A DNA stretch of 64,000 nucleotides from Verrucomicrobiota bacterium (GTDB taxonomy: Bacteria; Verrucomicrobiota; Verrucomicrobiia; Opitutales; UBA953): the NCBI GenBank assembly GCA_046080425.1, contig JBJTTY010000100.1:4713-68712 (forward strand), written 5' to 3'. The position numbers and the translations under genes were made by a program. Shown piece by piece: positions 62,679-64,000 of this stretch; within the stretch, counting starts at the first letter, position 1, and the number at the start of each line of letters is the position of its first letter. The notes beneath the pieces are model-generated. The model was not told where the DNA came from. It saw only the letters and a program-made list of their open reading frames with translations, and ran no database searches.

Positions 62679-63671
62679 ATGTCCGAACCGCTGCATTCCC
62701 TCCGTGAAGCCAAGGCCCTGCCCCTCGGTTCACGCTTCCATGCCATCTGCGCCCTGGGCGAGGTCGCCGTGCGCACGGCCAAGAACGGCTCCCAGTATCA
62801 GGAGTTCACCGCGGCGGACGCCACCGACGACCTGAAGGTGCGCGTCTTCAACGACTCTCCCCTCCGCCAGGCCCTCGTCGGACTCAAGGCGGGCTCCGTC
62901 GCGCGCGTCAGCGGTTCGGTCGGCGAATACGTCGGCCGGCCCGACCTCAAGGTCGACGGGCTCGCTCCGCTCACGGAAGCCGAACGTGCCGACCCCTCGG
63001 TGATGGGCCGTCTGACGCCCGTCTCGCGTCACGACCCCGTGAAGATGCGCGCCGACCTTATGGACATCGTCGGCCGCATCCCGCACGAAGGCCTGCGCAA
63101 CACCGTGATCTCCGTCTTCGAGGAGCACGGTGAACGCTTCTGCGAGTCGGTGGCCGCCACGGGCATGCACCACGCCTTCCGCCACGGACTCCTGGAGCAC
63201 ACCCTCCGCATGGCCCGGATCGCCGAGGTGGTCCTGCCCCTCTATCCGACCGTCGACCCTTCGCTCGCGCTGGCGGGCACGGTGCTGCACGACGTGGGCA
63301 AGGTCCAGGAGTATTACCGTCTCGAGCCCGGCATGGCCAAGGCCGGCTTCACGCGCGCCGGCAACCTGCACGGGCATCTCGTGCTCGGGACTTTCATCGT
63401 GCGTGAGCACGCCGTGAAGGCCGGGCTCGACCCCGCCCTGCGCGAGCGCCTCGAGCACGTCATCCTCAGCCACCACACCCTGCGCGAATACGGCGCCTGC
63501 GCCACGCCGTCCACGCCCGAGGCGGTCCTCATCGCCCGCATCGACGACATGGACGCCAAGCTCTCGGCGGTCGAGGAGGAGCAGCATCGCGCCACGCCCG
63601 GCGCCGAATTCGTGCCCCTGCGCGCCATCGACGGATTCCTGCTGCTGACTCCGCCCAAGACCGGTCGCTGA
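62679..63671 (+). CDS. YhaM-like 3'-5' exoribonuclease (OB-fold + HD domain)
   Basis: 330 aa. N-terminal OB-like segment (FTAADATDDLKVRVFND), HD domain HHAFRHGLLEHT...VLHDVGK, ILSHH block. Confidence 0.8.
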   Translation: MSEPLHSLREAKALPLGSRFHAICALGEVAVRTAKNGSQYQEFTAADATDDLKVRVFNDSPLRQALVGLKAGSVARVSGSVGEYVGRPDLKVDGLAPLTEAERADPSVMGRLTPVSRHDPVKMRADLMDIVGRIPHEGLRNTVISVFEEHGERFCESVAATGMHHAFRHGLLEHTLRMARIAEVVLPLYPTVDPSLALAGTVLHDVGKVQEYYRLEPGMAKAGFTRAGNLHGHLVLGTFIVREHAVKAGLDPALRERLEHVILSHHTLREYGACATPSTPEAVLIARIDDMDAKLSAVEEEQHRATPGAEFVPLRAIDGFLLLTPPKTGR

Positions 63672-63674
63672 CCG

Positions 63675-64000
63675 ATGGACGTCCGGGAGCTGGACTTCGA
63701 CCTCCCGCCGGAGCGGATCGCCGCCGTGCCCGCGGCCAGGCGCGACGCTTCGCGTCTGCTGGTGGTGCGCCGCGCGACCCGCTCGCTCGAGCACCGGGCC
63801 TTCGCCGACCTGCCCGCGTTGCTGCCGCCTCGCACCGCGCTCATCCGCAACAACGTCTCGGTCATCAAGGCGCGCTTGCACGGCGTGCGCCCCACCGGCG
63901 GCAAGGTCGAGTGCCTGCTGCTGCGTCCGACGCTCGATCCCAAGGAGTGGTGGTGCATGCTCAGGCCGGGCAAGCGTGCGGCCGACGCGGCCGGCTTCGA
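63675..64000 (+). CDS. queA: S-adenosylmethionine:tRNA ribosyltransferase-isomerase, 3' end beyond window
   Basis: The ATG at 63675 is open to the window end. It translates as [31 protein letters not shown]...[11 protein letters not shown], a typical QueA N terminus. It is absent from the ORF track because no stop lies in the window. Confidence 0.85.
   Translation, partial: MDVRELDFDLPPERIAAVPAARRDASRLLVVRRATRSLEHRAFADLPALLPPRTALIRNNVSVIKARLHGVRPTGGKVECLLLRPTLDPKEWWCMLRPGKRAADAAGF

Overview
Visibly GC-rich (about two-thirds G+C by eye, not computed), very gene-dense bacterial chromosomal segment. I can support about 55 protein genes and one tRNA-Thr(UGU). I see no rRNA, CRISPR array, transposase, integrase or prophage genes. 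The gene repertoire suggests a PVC-superphylum, Verrucomicrobia/Opitutae-like origin (inference only): a Pirellula/Verrucomicrobium-type dehydrogenase-HEAT-cytochrome c protein, signal-peptide ThuA plus a TAT-exported Gfo/Idh/MocA oxidoreductase, a full MoxR/Bat operon and a PEGA lipoprotein. Layout: 1-7558 glycan/LPS-type locus (GH5, DUF4838-like, phosphoglycosyl transferase, oxidoreductase, GT2, GT4, FkbM methyltransferase). 7565-25229 housekeeping genes (dnaE, tyrS, M20 peptidase, accD-folC-rluA, comF, ogt, patB, rsmE, thiH, amino-acid ABC transporter, gcvTH). 25325-26743 repeat-containing PEGA/coiled-coil lipoprotein. tRNA-Thr and folP. 28033-33245 caa3-type cytochrome c oxidase operon. 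33253-43922 one co-directional minus-strand block: pyrG, moxR, DUF58, DUF4381, batABCDE, lptF/G. 44191-47602 sdhCAB. 47637-52431 GH20 / CotH / VTC / DUF4956 cassette. 52538-55588 giant dehydrogenase-HEAT-cytochrome c protein. metK-ahcY. 58419-62567 HEAT / ThuA / TAT-oxidoreductase / membrane protein cluster. yhaM-like exoribonuclease and the 5' part of queA. Most worth a second look: (1) the uncharacterised CotH-VTC-DUF4956 trio; (2) a recurrent G-tract (C-rich on the sense strand) intergenic element at three loci, including an 18-nt tandem and a heptamer array; (3) widespread C-rich CCCTCCC-type leaders in place of Shine-Dalgarno sites, with blocks shared between unrelated genes; (4) a terminator-like hairpin inside the pyrG leader; (5) an 8-4-8 palindrome burying the metK start codon. 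All family calls come from motif recognition by eye and memory; no searches were run. Start codons are often chosen from family-typical N termini and may be off. The many long antisense ORFs in the track are treated as GC-content artefacts.
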